Shown here: piece after piece, positions 8,495 to 18,975 of the stretch | Numbering within the stretch: position 1 is the first letter of the stretch | How the letters are laid out: each line of letters begins with the position of its first letter | From: Acidobacteriaceae bacterium | GTDB taxonomy: Bacteria > Acidobacteriota > Terriglobia > Terriglobales > Acidobacteriaceae | Reading direction: 5' to 3' | DNA length: 49,030 nucleotides | Assembly (NCBI GenBank): GCA_035567995.1 | Contig: DATMOZ010000161.1 | Span: 1-49,030, forward strand | The notes under the pieces: generated by a model | Databases searched by the model: none | What the model was told of the DNA's origin: nothing | The model's input: the letters and a program-made list of their open reading frames with translations, nothing else | Position numbers and translations under genes: made by a program

Positions 8495-10843
8495 ATGGCA
8501 GACGTAAGTTTCACAGTCGACGGAAAGCAGTTGAAGGCGCCCGCGGGCACGCTGCTGATTGAAGCATGCAAGAAAGCCGGCATCGAGATCCCAGCGTTTT
8601 GTTATTACCCCGGCCTCTCACTTCAGGCGGCGTGCCGCATGTGCGTCGTGCGTATCGAGAAGATGCCGAAGCTGCAGACAGCCTGCACCACTCCCGTAAC
8701 CGAAGGCATGGTCGTGCTGACGGAAACCGAAGAGATCAAGCAAGCTCGCAAAGCGACTGTCGAGTTACTGCTCGGCAATCATCCGCTTGATTGCCCGGTG
8801 TGCGACGCCGGCGGTGAGTGCGAGCTGCAGGACATGACGTTCAAGTACGGGGCGCCCGAGTCCAAGTACATCGAGATCAAGGCGCACCGCGAAGAACAGC
8901 AATGGTCGCCGGTCGTTTACTTCGATCGTCCGCGCTGCATCCTTTGTTATCGCTGCATTCGTATGTGCGGCGAAGGCATGGACGTGTGGGCGCTCGGCAT
9001 ACAGAACCGCGGCGTGGGCGCCGTGATTGCGCCGAACGTGCAGGAGCAGGGCCAGCCCGACAGGCTCGATTGCGAAGAGTGCGGCATGTGCATTGACGCC
9101 TGTCCGGTCGGCGCGCTGACCTCTGACACCTACCGCTACAAGACGCGCCCCTGGGAGATGAACCACGTCGCCACCGTCTGCACGCACTGCGGAGATGGCT
9201 GCAAGACGACGCTCGGCGTGCGCCGCAGCGGCACCGGCATGGAGATTGTTCGGGGCGACAATCGCGACCGCAGCGGGATCAACGATGACTTTCTCTGCGT
9301 GAAGGGACGCTATGCGTTCGATTTTGCGAACAACGAGCAGCGCCTGACACAGCCTCTGGTTCGGATGGGCGGCAAGCTGATCGCCGTGACATGGGAGCAG
9401 GCACTGGAAGCTGCCGCCAACGGATTGAAGCAGGCGCGCGACACGCACGGCGGCGCCAGCGTCGGTGTTATCGGCTCGAATCGCACTACGAACGAAGAAA
9501 ACTACCTACTGCAGAAATTTGCGCGAACGGTTCTTGGCACCAACAATATCGATCACCACCGCACGGCAGACTATGTACGCTTCGTCCGCGCGCTTGGCGG
9601 CGAAAAGGATCGCACCGCCAGCTTGCGCGATGCACAGAAAGCTCCGGCGATTCTGCTGGTCGGCGGAGATCCAACAGAGCAGCACCCCATGCTGGCGTGG
9701 GCACTACGCACGAACACGCGCCATAACCGCACGCGCATCTATATCGCGAATCATCGCCAGATCAAGTTGGAACGGCAGGCGAAGACCACGCTGCACATCC
9801 GTGAGGAGCAATACGGAACACTGGCTTCATTTCTGGGTGGTGCCTCAGAAGCAGGACTCGGCGAGCAAGCCAACTCGTTCCGCGAATCGCTGCGTGGCGA
9901 GGCAAATCTGCTGATTGTCTTCGGCAGCGAAGTTCGCGCCGCAGGAATCGATGCGCTGGTCGCGTTCGCCAAGAGCCTGCCTGGCGCGAAACTCGCGCTG
10001 ACGAGCGACTACGTGAACTCGCGCGGGGCGGCTGATATGGGCCTGCTGCCCGATCTGCTGCCGGGTTACGTCCCTGTGACCAGCGAGACTTATCGCGAAG
10101 ACTATGGCGACCGCCTACCCGCGACCACCGGCCTCGATCTGGTGGCAATGTTTGACGCCGCGGCGCGCGGAGATCTGAAAGCGCTCTATGTAGTCGGATC
10201 GAATCCTGTGCAACGTTTCGGCGTTGACGCGGCTACGCTAAAGAACACTTTCGTTGTTGTGCAGGACATGTTCCTGACAGAGACCGCCATGCTTGCAGAC
10301 GTTGTCCTGCCAGCTGCGAACCTCTATGAGAAGGCAGGCACCGTGACAAACAGCTACGGTGATCTGCAGACCGTGAAGAAAGCCGGCGATGTCTCCGGCG
10401 TGCGAACCGACTTCGAACTGATAGTCCGTCTGGCGGATCACATGGGCGCGGAAGTCCGCAAGCTTGTTCCTTTTGGCAACGGGACACGTGCAGACATGGG
10501 GCAATCGCGCGGGGCGCAGTCCGGCGAAGCAGACCGGCACGCGGTCTGGCTTACGGCGCACGATCTTGAGCCGAAGCTGAGCCCGTTTGATCCGACTGCG
10601 ACGCTCGATGAGATACAGCGGCTAGTGCCGGGTTACAACTATTCACGCTTCGATCTGCTCGCTGGCAACGATCAACATCTCGATGTGGCACCTGCAACTG
10701 CGGGCACAACCAGTCGTCGCGATCTGGTATTGCCGTCGGGTGACACGCTATTCACCTCGGGCACTCTCGGCCAGTACAGCCCAAAGCTGGTCGAAGTGCA
10801 GGCAGCGCACGCAGTAGATGATGCAGAAGTAGCAGCCGACTAG
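8495..10843 (+). CDS. nuoG: NADH-quinone oxidoreductase subunit G (75 kDa)
   Basis: N-terminal 2Fe-2S/4Fe-4S cysteine motifs (CYYPGLSLQAACRMC, HPLDCPVCDAGGECELQ, CILCYRCIRMC, CEECGMCIDACP) followed by a molybdopterin-oxidoreductase-like domain. Confidence 0.95.
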   Translation: MADVSFTVDGKQLKAPAGTLLIEACKKAGIEIPAFCYYPGLSLQAACRMCVVRIEKMPKLQTACTTPVTEGMVVLTETEEIKQARKATVELLLGNHPLDCPVCDAGGECELQDMTFKYGAPESKYIEIKAHREEQQWSPVVYFDRPRCILCYRCIRMCGEGMDVWALGIQNRGVGAVIAPNVQEQGQPDRLDCEECGMCIDACPVGALTSDTYRYKTRPWEMNHVATVCTHCGDGCKTTLGVRRSGTGMEIVRGDNRDRSGINDDFLCVKGRYAFDFANNEQRLTQPLVRMGGKLIAVTWEQALEAAANGLKQARDTHGGASVGVIGSNRTTNEENYLLQKFARTVLGTNNIDHHRTADYVRFVRALGGEKDRTASLRDAQKAPAILLVGGDPTEQHPMLAWALRTNTRHNRTRIYIANHRQIKLERQAKTTLHIREEQYGTLASFLGGASEAGLGEQANSFRESLRGEANLLIVFGSEVRAAGIDALVAFAKSLPGAKLALTSDYVNSRGAADMGLLPDLLPGYVPVTSETYREDYGDRLPATTGLDLVAMFDAAARGDLKALYVVGSNPVQRFGVDAATLKNTFVVVQDMFLTETAMLADVVLPAANLYEKAGTVTNSYGDLQTVKKAGDVSGVRTDFELIVRLADHMGAEVRKLVPFGNGTRADMGQSRGAQSGEADRHAVWLTAHDLEPKLSPFDPTATLDEIQRLVPGYNYSRFDLLAGNDQHLDVAPATAGTTSRRDLVLPSGDTLFTSGTLGQYSPKLVEVQAAHAVDDAEVAAD

Positions 10844-10846
10844 CCT

Positions 10847-11278
10847 ATGGACTACGAGACCGTTCATCACGGCCAGATTGTGCTCTGCGGCATTACTGCG
10901 CGCGTAAGGAACGCTGAGCCAGGCAAAATCGGCGAGCTCTGGAATCGGTTTTATGCAGAGCCTTTTGTGGATCGCCTTGCGATCGAGGATGGAGCCGTCT
11001 ACAGCGCATACTTCGACTACGAGAGTAATCACACTGGGCCATACACGGCGCTCCTTGGCTTTCGCGTTACGGACGGTCAACCAGCGCCGGACGGTTTAAC
11101 TCTCTTAACCATCAACCCAGCGACCTACGCGAGGCTGCGACGTTCAGGGCCAATGCCGGCGACAGTCGTTGAAGCCTGGCAGCAGGTCTGGGGCTCTGAC
11201 TTGCCGCGCACCTACATCGCCGACTTTGATCGCTATGCATCACCGGATACAGTAGAAGTGAACGTTGGCATCGCATGA
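10847..11278 (+). CDS. GyrI-like / Cass2-like small-molecule (effector) binding domain protein
   Basis: 143 aa. The pattern G.I.ELWNRFY...YSAYFDYE...Y.ALLGF.V...IPA..YA.....G......V.EAWQQVW......R.Y.ADFD.Y is typical of GyrI-like effector-binding domains. It starts 3 nt after the nuoG stop, and its stop overlaps the nuoH ATG (ATGA). Confidence 0.7.
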   Translation: MDYETVHHGQIVLCGITARVRNAEPGKIGELWNRFYAEPFVDRLAIEDGAVYSAYFDYESNHTGPYTALLGFRVTDGQPAPDGLTLLTINPATYARLRRSGPMPATVVEAWQQVWGSDLPRTYIADFDRYASPDTVEVNVGIA

Positions 11279-12324
11279 CTCCACTATTCGTTTACATCCT
11301 GCTAAGCGTGCTGAGAATGGTAGTCGGGCTGGTCTTGTTTCTGATGGCTGTTGCCTACACGGTGCTGCTCGAGCGCAAAGTTGTCGGCCGCATCCAGAAC
11401 CGCTGGGGGCCCAGTCGCGTCGGACCTTTCGGATTGATGCAGCCGCTTGCCGACGGCATCAAGTTGTTTCTCAAAGAAGATCTGATGCCCACGGGTGTGT
11501 ATCGCTTGCTTTACGTCCTTGCGCCGATGATCGCGCTGGCGTGCGGGTTGATCTCAATTTCCGTCATCCCATTTGGACCTCCAACGCGCTGGCATGGCGT
11601 TGACCTTTTCCAGGGAGCAGACATCAACATCGGACTGCTGGTTATTCTCGGAGTCGCATCGATAGGCGTGTACGGCATCGCGCTGGCAGGATGGTCTTCT
11701 AATAATAAATATTCCCTGCTTGGCTCGTTGCGCGCGGGTGCGCAATTGGTCAGCTATGAACTTGCGCTTGGGCTCTCAGTTGTTGGCGTGGTGCTTCGCG
11801 CTGGCTCATTGCGCTTGCGCGACATTGTCAATAGCCAGGGCGCGCACGGAATTTTCTCGTGGAATGCATTCGGCGGATTGCAGTTCGTTGCTTTCTTTAT
11901 CTACCTTGCGGCGGCTTATGCGGAGACGAATCGGGCTCCGTTTGATCTACCCGAGGCCGAAACTGAGCTGGTCGCTGGATACCATACCGAGTACAGTTCC
12001 ATGAAGTTTGCCATGTTCTTCATGGCCGAATACGCGAACATGATCACGGTCGGCTGTGTGGCAACGCTGTTGTTTCTTGGCGGCTGGCATAGCCCCTTCG
12101 GCACGCTGCTCCCGGCGTTTGGGGGGCACTTTGTTCAGACGGTTCTGCCCCTCTTCTGGTTCGCGCTGAAGGTACTCTTCTTTCTTTTCCTCTATATATG
12201 GGTGCGCGGGACCCTGCCCCGTTTTCGTTATGACCAGCTGATGGGCTTCGGCTGGAAGTTTCTGCTGCCCCTGGCTGTCGCAAATATCGTCGCGACCAGC
12301 CTGATACTTGCCTACCGCCACTAA
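11275..12324 (+). CDS. nuoH: NADH-quinone oxidoreductase subunit H
   Basis: Carries VLLERKVVGRIQNRWGPSRVGPFGLMQPLADGIKLF and AETNRAPFDLPEAETELVAGYHTEYS. Confidence 0.95.
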   Translation: MTPLFVYILLSVLRMVVGLVLFLMAVAYTVLLERKVVGRIQNRWGPSRVGPFGLMQPLADGIKLFLKEDLMPTGVYRLLYVLAPMIALACGLISISVIPFGPPTRWHGVDLFQGADINIGLLVILGVASIGVYGIALAGWSSNNKYSLLGSLRAGAQLVSYELALGLSVVGVVLRAGSLRLRDIVNSQGAHGIFSWNAFGGLQFVAFFIYLAAAYAETNRAPFDLPEAETELVAGYHTEYSSMKFAMFFMAEYANMITVGCVATLLFLGGWHSPFGTLLPAFGGHFVQTVLPLFWFALKVLFFLFLYIWVRGTLPRFRYDQLMGFGWKFLLPLAVANIVATSLILAYRH

Positions 12325-12403
12325 CGCGTGCGGTGCGTCCTGTCGTTTCAGTTGTTTAGCTGAGTTACAATCGACTTTCTGCTTCTGCTTCGAAAATCAC
12401 ACG

Positions 12404-12898
12404 ATGCATCTTGTCCTCTTCATTCTTTTCGCGATGTTGTGCGTCGGCGGCGCCTTAAACCTCGTGCTGCAGCGGCATCCCATCAATTCTGCCCTTTCGC
12501 TGATTGTCGTCATGACTTCACTGGCAGTTCTGTATTTGCTGCTCGGTGCGGAGTTTCTCGCCGCAGCGCAGGTGATTGTCTATTCCGGCGCCATTATGGT
12601 TTTGTTTGTCTTCGTAATCATGCTGCTGAATGCAGGAGAAGAAGATCGCACGGGTGGGTCGAGAGCCGCATACGCCGCCGGCATTCCTGGCGTTGCCGCG
12701 CTCCTCGGGATACTGGCGTATGTCTTTCTGTCGCATCCGCGACAGTTTGGTGCAGCACATCTAGGTGGATTTCTCGTAACCACAAGCGACCTGAGCACGG
12801 TGTTGTTCCGGGATTTGCTGTTGCCATTTGAGCTGACGTCAGTCCTGATTCTGGTCGCGATTCTGGGTGCGGTCGTGCTGGCCAGGAAGGAATATTAA
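12404..12898 (+). CDS. nuoJ: NADH-quinone oxidoreductase subunit J
   Basis: The NuoJ-like N-terminus begins at MHLVLFILFAMLCVGGALNLV..., followed by AAAQVIVYSGAIMVLFVFVIMLL. I took the start at internal ATG 12404 of the longer track ORF. Confidence 0.9.
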   Translation: MHLVLFILFAMLCVGGALNLVLQRHPINSALSLIVVMTSLAVLYLLLGAEFLAAAQVIVYSGAIMVLFVFVIMLLNAGEEDRTGGSRAAYAAGIPGVAALLGILAYVFLSHPRQFGAAHLGGFLVTTSDLSTVLFRDLLLPFELTSVLILVAILGAVVLARKEY

Positions 12899-12904
12899 GA
12901 ACAC

Positions 12905-13216
12905 ATGGGCAACTCGGTGCCAATCGCGTGCTACCTGGGTCTTGCTGCGGTGCTCTTCTGCATTGGCATCAGCGCGTTTCTGATCAAGCGCAACATCATC
13001 ACCATCTTCATGTCGATCGAGTTGATGCTGAACGCCGTCAACCTGACCTTCGTCGCTTTCGCGCATGAGTGGCACCAGCTTAGCGGGCAGATCTTCGTGT
13101 TCTTTGTCATGGTGGTTGCCGCTGCCGAAGCGGCAGTCGGACTCGCCATCATTATCGCCATCTTCCGCTCGCGCGAAACCCTGAACGTCGACCAGATCAA
13201 CCTGATGAAATCATGA
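12905..13216 (+). CDS. nuoK: NADH-quinone oxidoreductase subunit K
   Basis: 103 aa, 3 TM segments. Carries [16 protein letters not shown]...[15 protein letters not shown]. Confidence 0.9.
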   Translation: MGNSVPIACYLGLAAVLFCIGISAFLIKRNIITIFMSIELMLNAVNLTFVAFAHEWHQLSGQIFVFFVMVVAAAEAAVGLAIIIAIFRSRETLNVDQINLMKS

Positions 13217-15213
13217 CGAACTCTTTCCATCTCTGGTTGATTCCAGCCCTGCCCTTCGTCGGCTTTCTGCTGAACGCGCTGTTTGGGCGTCGCTTGCCGA
13301 AGAGTGCAGTCACCGGAATTGCTCTGCTGACGACCGCGATCAGCCTCGTGCTTGTCGCAAATATTGCGTTACAGCACGCGTCCTTCAGTTCGCCGCACGT
13401 CGAGCGCGTCGCGACATGGATCGCGGCTGGTCCGCTGCACGTCGATTTCAGCTTTTATCTGGATCAGCTTACGCTTGTAATGTTGCTCGTCGTGACGGGC
13501 GTCGGATTCCTGATCCACATCTACTCTGTCGGCTACATGGCACACGAAGAGGGCTACTGGCGGTTCTTCGCATACCTGAACCTCTTCATGTTCTTCATGC
13601 TCGTGCTGGTGATGGCTGAGAGCTACCTGCTGATGTTCGTTGGGTGGGAGGGCGTCGGCCTCGCTTCGTATCTGCTGATCGGTTTCTATTTCCAGCGCGA
13701 CTCTGCTGCGAATGCCGGTCGCAAGGCGTTCGTGGTGAACCGCATTGGGGACTTCGGATTCCTGGTCGCGATGTTCCTCATGCTCAAACACTTCGGTACG
13801 CTCGACATTCAGAATGTGATGCAGCATATTTCGGCGCATCCTGAATTGCAGTCTGGCTTGCTGACAGGAATTGCGCTGCTGCTTGTGCTCGGCGCGACCG
13901 GCAAGTCCGCGCAGATTCCGCTATATGTCTGGCTACCCGATGCGATGGAAGGTCCGACACCGGTCTCCGCCCTGATCCATGCTGCGACAATGGTGACGGC
14001 CGGCGTTTACATGATTGCGCGGTCGCATGTGTTGTTTGACCGGTCACCTACCGCATTGCTGATGGTTGCGTTCATCGGGGCTATCACAGCGTTCTTCGCT
14101 GCTACCGTCGCGCTGGTGCAGACCGATATCAAGCGCGTTCTCGCCTACTCAACGATTTCGCAGCTTGGATACATGTTCATGGGGTGCGGCGTCGCCGCCT
14201 ACTCGGCAGCGATCTTTCATCTGGTAACGCACGCATTTTTCAAAGCGCTGCTGTTCCTTGCCGCGGGCGTAATCATCCACGCGCTTGGCGACGAGCAGGA
14301 CCTGCGTGCGATGGGCGGCCTCAGACATAGGATGCCTGTGACATTCTGGACGATGACAGCCGGCGTATTTGCGATCTCCGGCATTCCTCCATTCGCGGGA
14401 TTCGTTTCGAAGGGTGTAGATCTCTACGCCACGTTCGTTTCGCCGCACGACGGCAAAATCTTGTGGGCTCTCGGGTTGGTCACAGCATTTCTAACTTCGT
14501 TCTACATGTTCCGTCTCTGGTACCTCGCGTTCTGGGGCGAACCACGCAAAGCTCCCGCTGAAACGCACGAGCACCACGGCCGGCGTGAAGGCCCATGGTC
14601 GATGCTTGCGCCGGTTGCGGTGCTTGCGATTCTTTCCCTCGTCGGTGGATGGATAGGCTGGCCGCCGGCCCTCGGCGGCACCGATCACTTCGAGCGCTAT
14701 CTTGAGCCCGTCTTCCGCACAGAGGCCCCGACCTATGAGCAGGTAAGCATCGCAATGGCAATGGGTCAGCCAGCCGCAGATGTCTCCTTGCAGCCAGCAG
14801 CGCCCCCGCCCGATTTGCGAACAGAGCGGCTGCTGACTGCGATTGAATTTCTAGTCGCGCTCTCCGGATGGTTCTTTGCAGACCTGCTTTACCGACGGAG
14901 ACGCGACACAATTGCCAGAGAAGACGCTCAGACCGGCGGCGTGTACGGCTTTTTAAAGAACAAATACTCGATCGATGAGCTCTACTCCGCGATCATCGTC
15001 CAGCCGCTCACTGCGTTTGCACGCATCGTGTTATGGCGCGGTGTGGAAGAACACCTCGTGGATGGCGCAGGCAATGTTGCTGCGGAATCTGCACAGGGCG
15101 GTGGCCAACTCGTGCGACGCATCCAGTCTGGCAACATTCGCAGCTATGCCGGATGGTTGGCACTCGGGGCGGCTGCCTTCCTCATTGTCGTTATTTATCT
15201 GGAGCGCTTCTAA
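13213..15213 (+). CDS. nuoL: NADH-quinone oxidoreductase subunit L
   Basis: 666 aa antiporter-like subunit. Carries [17 protein letters not shown] and a long C-terminal extension. Its start overlaps the nuoK stop. Confidence 0.95.
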   Translation: MTNSFHLWLIPALPFVGFLLNALFGRRLPKSAVTGIALLTTAISLVLVANIALQHASFSSPHVERVATWIAAGPLHVDFSFYLDQLTLVMLLVVTGVGFLIHIYSVGYMAHEEGYWRFFAYLNLFMFFMLVLVMAESYLLMFVGWEGVGLASYLLIGFYFQRDSAANAGRKAFVVNRIGDFGFLVAMFLMLKHFGTLDIQNVMQHISAHPELQSGLLTGIALLLVLGATGKSAQIPLYVWLPDAMEGPTPVSALIHAATMVTAGVYMIARSHVLFDRSPTALLMVAFIGAITAFFAATVALVQTDIKRVLAYSTISQLGYMFMGCGVAAYSAAIFHLVTHAFFKALLFLAAGVIIHALGDEQDLRAMGGLRHRMPVTFWTMTAGVFAISGIPPFAGFVSKGVDLYATFVSPHDGKILWALGLVTAFLTSFYMFRLWYLAFWGEPRKAPAETHEHHGRREGPWSMLAPVAVLAILSLVGGWIGWPPALGGTDHFERYLEPVFRTEAPTYEQVSIAMAMGQPAADVSLQPAAPPPDLRTERLLTAIEFLVALSGWFFADLLYRRRRDTIAREDAQTGGVYGFLKNKYSIDELYSAIIVQPLTAFARIVLWRGVEEHLVDGAGNVAAESAQGGGQLVRRIQSGNIRSYAGWLALGAAAFLIVVIYLERF

Positions 15214-16754
15214 TGCATCTCGATAGCTCCATATTGACGCTGATCACATTTCTGCCGACCGCGGGCGCACTCGTGCTGCTATTGCTGCCACGGCAGGGAC
15301 GCGCGATTCAGTGGGGCACGTTGCTCACTACGCTCGCGACATTTGTGGTTTCGCTGCATCTGGTCGCGCACTATGTGGTCGGACAGGCAGGATTTCAGTT
15401 TGAGCAGAATGGGAGCTGGATTTCAACTCCCGCAATTCGCTACCATGTCGGCGTTGACGGCCTGTCGCTCTGGCTGGTGCTGCTGACAACATTTCTCGCG
15501 CCGCTCGGGGTTCTGGTGTCATGGCGGGCGATCGAAACGCGCACAAAAGAGTTCTACGTGCTGTTTTTGTTGCAACAGACCGCGATGCTGGGCGTCTTCG
15601 TTTCGCTGGATCTGTTTCTGTACTACGCGTTCTGGGAAATGACGCTGGTACCCATGACGCTGATCATCGGCATGTACGGCATCGAGCGTGGCCGCCAGGC
15701 AGCGATCAAGTTCTTCCTGTATACGTTCATTCCGTCGGCGCTGCTGCTGGTCGGCATCTTGTGGCTGTACGCGAAAACCGGCACGTTTGACTTCGTCGAG
15801 TTGCAGACGCGCATGCCTGGCATTGCCGCGACCACGCCGGAGATCGCGCTATTCCTCGCGTCGATGGCCTTTCTGCTTGCGTTCGCGGTCAAGGTTCCTG
15901 TGTTCCCGCTGCACGGCTGGCTTTCTGATGGACTCCGGGAAGCGCCTGCCGCGCTCGCGATGGTTCTGGCCGGCAAGCTGGGCCTGTATTCTCTGCTGCG
16001 TTTTCACGTCGAGCTGTTCCCTGTGCAGGCCGCGCGTGTCGCGCCCTGGATGATTGCGTTAGCCGTCATCGGAATTCTCTACGGTGCGCTTCTCGCGCTG
16101 GTGCAGACAGACATCAAGCGTGTCGCCGCATATGCGACGCTGAGTGGCGTCAGTTTTGCCGTCCTCGGCATCTACAGCTTTGCGACGAATGGCATCAACG
16201 GCGCAATCTTCCAGACCTTGAATGAAGGCGTCACCGGTGGCGCGCTCTTTATGCTGATCGGCATGCTCTACGAACGCTATCGGACTTACGACATCGCCGC
16301 ATACGGCGGATTAGCGGCTCGTGTGCCGTGGCTGGCGAGCCTCTTTGTAGTGACGGGACTTTCGTTCATAGGCCTGCCCCTACTGAACGGATTCGTTGGG
16401 GAGTTTCTTATTCTTTCCGGCACGTTTACGACGCATCAAAAGTGGGCGGTCGCTGCGACCTTCGGAGTCATCTTGAGCGCCGCATACATGCTGTGGCTCA
16501 TCCAGCGCATCTTCTATGGACCACAGACGGCAATCGCGCCCCAGTTTGACTTCGGGGATTTGAACTCGCGAGAGAAGGCTGCGCTATGGCCGGCGATCTT
16601 CTTCATGCTCTGGATGGGCGTCGCTTCGCCACTCTGGTTGCGTGTAATTGAAAGCGTGCCACAGGCAATCACAGCCTCATTTGAGGCGAAGACGTCCAAA
16701 CTCCCCGCTGTGATTATCTACGTCGATAGGAATGTATCCGGGGTGAAGAAATGA
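15213..16754 (+). CDS. nuoM: NADH-quinone oxidoreductase subunit M
   Basis: Starts at the TAATG overlap with the nuoL stop ([13 protein letters not shown]...). Antiporter-like, with FWEMTLVPM and [12 protein letters not shown]. Confidence 0.95.
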   Translation: MHLDSSILTLITFLPTAGALVLLLLPRQGRAIQWGTLLTTLATFVVSLHLVAHYVVGQAGFQFEQNGSWISTPAIRYHVGVDGLSLWLVLLTTFLAPLGVLVSWRAIETRTKEFYVLFLLQQTAMLGVFVSLDLFLYYAFWEMTLVPMTLIIGMYGIERGRQAAIKFFLYTFIPSALLLVGILWLYAKTGTFDFVELQTRMPGIAATTPEIALFLASMAFLLAFAVKVPVFPLHGWLSDGLREAPAALAMVLAGKLGLYSLLRFHVELFPVQAARVAPWMIALAVIGILYGALLALVQTDIKRVAAYATLSGVSFAVLGIYSFATNGINGAIFQTLNEGVTGGALFMLIGMLYERYRTYDIAAYGGLAARVPWLASLFVVTGLSFIGLPLLNGFVGEFLILSGTFTTHQKWAVAATFGVILSAAYMLWLIQRIFYGPQTAIAPQFDFGDLNSREKAALWPAIFFMLWMGVASPLWLRVIESVPQAITASFEAKTSKLPAVIIYVDRNVSGVKK

Positions 16755-18262
16755 ACGCGACCTCTTCCCTCCTGCGCGTTCTGCCGGAAACAGTTCTGAC
16801 ACTGACCGGCGTGATCGTGATGCTGATTGAACCGCTGCTCCCGAAGCAGCGCAGCCGCGCGCCGCTTGGCTGGCTCGCAATTCTCGGCACTCTCGGCTCA
16901 ATCGGCGCGACGCTCTGGCAGTTCCATGCCGGCTACGGCACAGCGTTCTCAGGTACAGTAGTCAACGACCCGTTCAGCATCTTCTTCCATCTGCTGATTG
17001 CCAGCATCGTCCTGGTGACGCTTCTCGTATCGCTCGACTACTTTGAAGGACGCACGACCGACGTCGGCGAATATTTCGCGCTCGTGCTATTCGGTGCCGT
17101 CGGCATGATGTTTATGACCTCGGCGCAGGAACTGCTGGTCGTCTTCATCGGACTTGAAATCAGTTCCATCTCCACCTACATCATCGCTGGTCTGCGCAAG
17201 CGTATCGCGGCAAGCACTGAAGCGGCGATCAAATATTTTCTGCTCGGCTCCTTCGCAACCGCCTTTTTTCTCTACGGCGTTGCGCTGACCTTTGGCGCAA
17301 CCGGCTCGACGACGCTGCCCGTGATCGCCGCCCAGCTTGCGAACGGCTCTGCTTCGCAACTCGCCTTTCTCGGCCTGGCAATGATGCTGATCGGCCTGGG
17401 CTTTAAAGTCTCTGCCGCACCGTTCCATGTGTGGACTCCTGACGTCTACGAAGGCGCACCCTCGCCCGTCGTCGGTTTCATGTCGACCGCGCCAAAGGCT
17501 GCTGCTTTCGCCGTCCTGCTACGGCTGTGTTTTGGCGCATTCGCATCGCTTAACCACCACTGGTTCGTGCTGCTGTGGATCCTCGCCGCGCTCTCCATGA
17601 CGATCGGCAATCTCGGCGCGTTGCGACAGCGCAATGTGAAGCGCATGCTCGCGTATTCATCGATCGCGCACGCGGGCTATCTGTTGGTCGCTTTCACCGC
17701 ACTCTCACCGCAAGGGATTACCGCAGCAAGTTTTTACGCTGCCGCGTACGCGGCGATGAACGTAGGCGCGTTTGCCGTCATCAGCCACCTCGCCGGCTTT
17801 TCTGAGCGCGGCACCAATATTTCTGACTTTGCCGGACTCGCACGCAGGGCGCCGCTGCTTTCCGCCCTGTTCGCGTTCTTTCTGCTGTCACTGATAGGCA
17901 TCCCCTTCACCGGCGGATTCTTCGGCAAATTCTACGTCTTCTCAGTGGCCCTGCAGAGCCACGTCGTATGGCTGACGGTCATCGGCCTCATCAACAGTGG
18001 AATCGCCGCCTACTACTATCTGCGGGTGCTCGGCGCGCTCTACATGCAAACCAGTGATGCGGCTGACCGCGATTTAACCGTGCACCCTGTCAGCGTTCCG
18101 TTGGCGCTTGCACTGGTCCTTACGGTAGTTGCAACCCTGGCGCTTGGCGTCGCCCCTGGCCGCGTATTGTCGCTCGCTCGCGGCGGGTCGTTCTTCCCAA
18201 CGGAGGCCATCGCACCGGCTACCGCACTGCCGCAGCCGCCTGCTGACTCGGCGATTCGCTAA
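16751..18262 (+). CDS. nuoN: NADH-quinone oxidoreductase subunit N
   Basis: 503 aa antiporter-like subunit. Carries [34 protein letters not shown] and [18 protein letters not shown] overlap with nuoM. Confidence 0.95.
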   Translation: MNATSSLLRVLPETVLTLTGVIVMLIEPLLPKQRSRAPLGWLAILGTLGSIGATLWQFHAGYGTAFSGTVVNDPFSIFFHLLIASIVLVTLLVSLDYFEGRTTDVGEYFALVLFGAVGMMFMTSAQELLVVFIGLEISSISTYIIAGLRKRIAASTEAAIKYFLLGSFATAFFLYGVALTFGATGSTTLPVIAAQLANGSASQLAFLGLAMMLIGLGFKVSAAPFHVWTPDVYEGAPSPVVGFMSTAPKAAAFAVLLRLCFGAFASLNHHWFVLLWILAALSMTIGNLGALRQRNVKRMLAYSSIAHAGYLLVAFTALSPQGITAASFYAAAYAAMNVGAFAVISHLAGFSERGTNISDFAGLARRAPLLSALFAFFLLSLIGIPFTGGFFGKFYVFSVALQSHVVWLTVIGLINSGIAAYYYLRVLGALYMQTSDAADRDLTVHPVSVPLALALVLTVVATLALGVAPGRVLSLARGGSFFPTEAIAPATALPQPPADSAIR

Positions 18263-18273
18263 ATACTCGCCGG

Positions 18274-18975
18274 CTACTGATCGGTCAGTTCCAGGTCCCG
18301 GCGATTAAGTAAGAACATCGCCAGCAAAAGCGCGCACACAGCTTGCGTCGCGATGCTCGCCATCCCGACTGCTGAAATTCTGGCTGAAGGATCTTCAAGG
18401 TTCAGCGGAATCGTCAGCATCTCGGGTATCACGCGCGACACGCCGAACAGAGCTTTGTGACGGCCCAAAAGAAAGATGGCTCCCCCTGCAAGTGAAACAG
18501 CAACCGCCGCGAGCACGCTCGGCAGGAAAACAGAGAAGAAAACCCCAAATGCCGCGGACCAAACACAAAGTGCGAACTGCAGCACAGCCATCGCAACAAC
18601 CGCAGCGTCGTTTCCTCCGCTCTCTCCAACGAGAACAAGGCCGCAGAGTAGAAAGCTTAGCGTGAATGCAGTGCTCGAAAGCAGCGCGCTCAGAAACATT
18701 GCCACCAGATACTCCCCACGGGAGACCGATCTTGCGAGAACGAATACGCTACGCCGTGAACGCTGTTCGTTTCCCAGTTGCGCGGCAGCCGTAACGCTGA
18801 CCAGCGCGATCGCATAGAAGCACTCCTGATGCAGCACCGAGAGCACGTCATCACTATCAGGCGCGCCGTTAGGCAATAGAAGTATGAGCGCCATGGCAAC
18901 CGGCCAGAGCGCGAGCATCAACAAGATCCAGCGGTTTTGGCGCACTAGTGCGAGTGTGACCAGCGCAATCTTCAT
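18274..18975 (-). CDS. Polytopic membrane protein, probable ABC-2-like permease partner of the upstream ATPase
   Basis: 233 aa with about 6 hydrophobic segments. Its start overlaps the stop of the ABC ATPase gene. No sequence motif; the call rests on context. Confidence 0.5.
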   Translation of the reverse strand: MKIALVTLALVRQNRWILLMLALWPVAMALILLLPNGAPDSDDVLSVLHQECFYAIALVSVTAAAQLGNEQRSRRSVFVLARSVSRGEYLVAMFLSALLSSTAFTLSFLLCGLVLVGESGGNDAAVVAMAVLQFALCVWSAAFGVFFSVFLPSVLAAVAVSLAGGAIFLLGRHKALFGVSRVIPEMLTIPLNLEDPSARISAVGMASIATQAVCALLLAMFLLNRRDLELTDQ

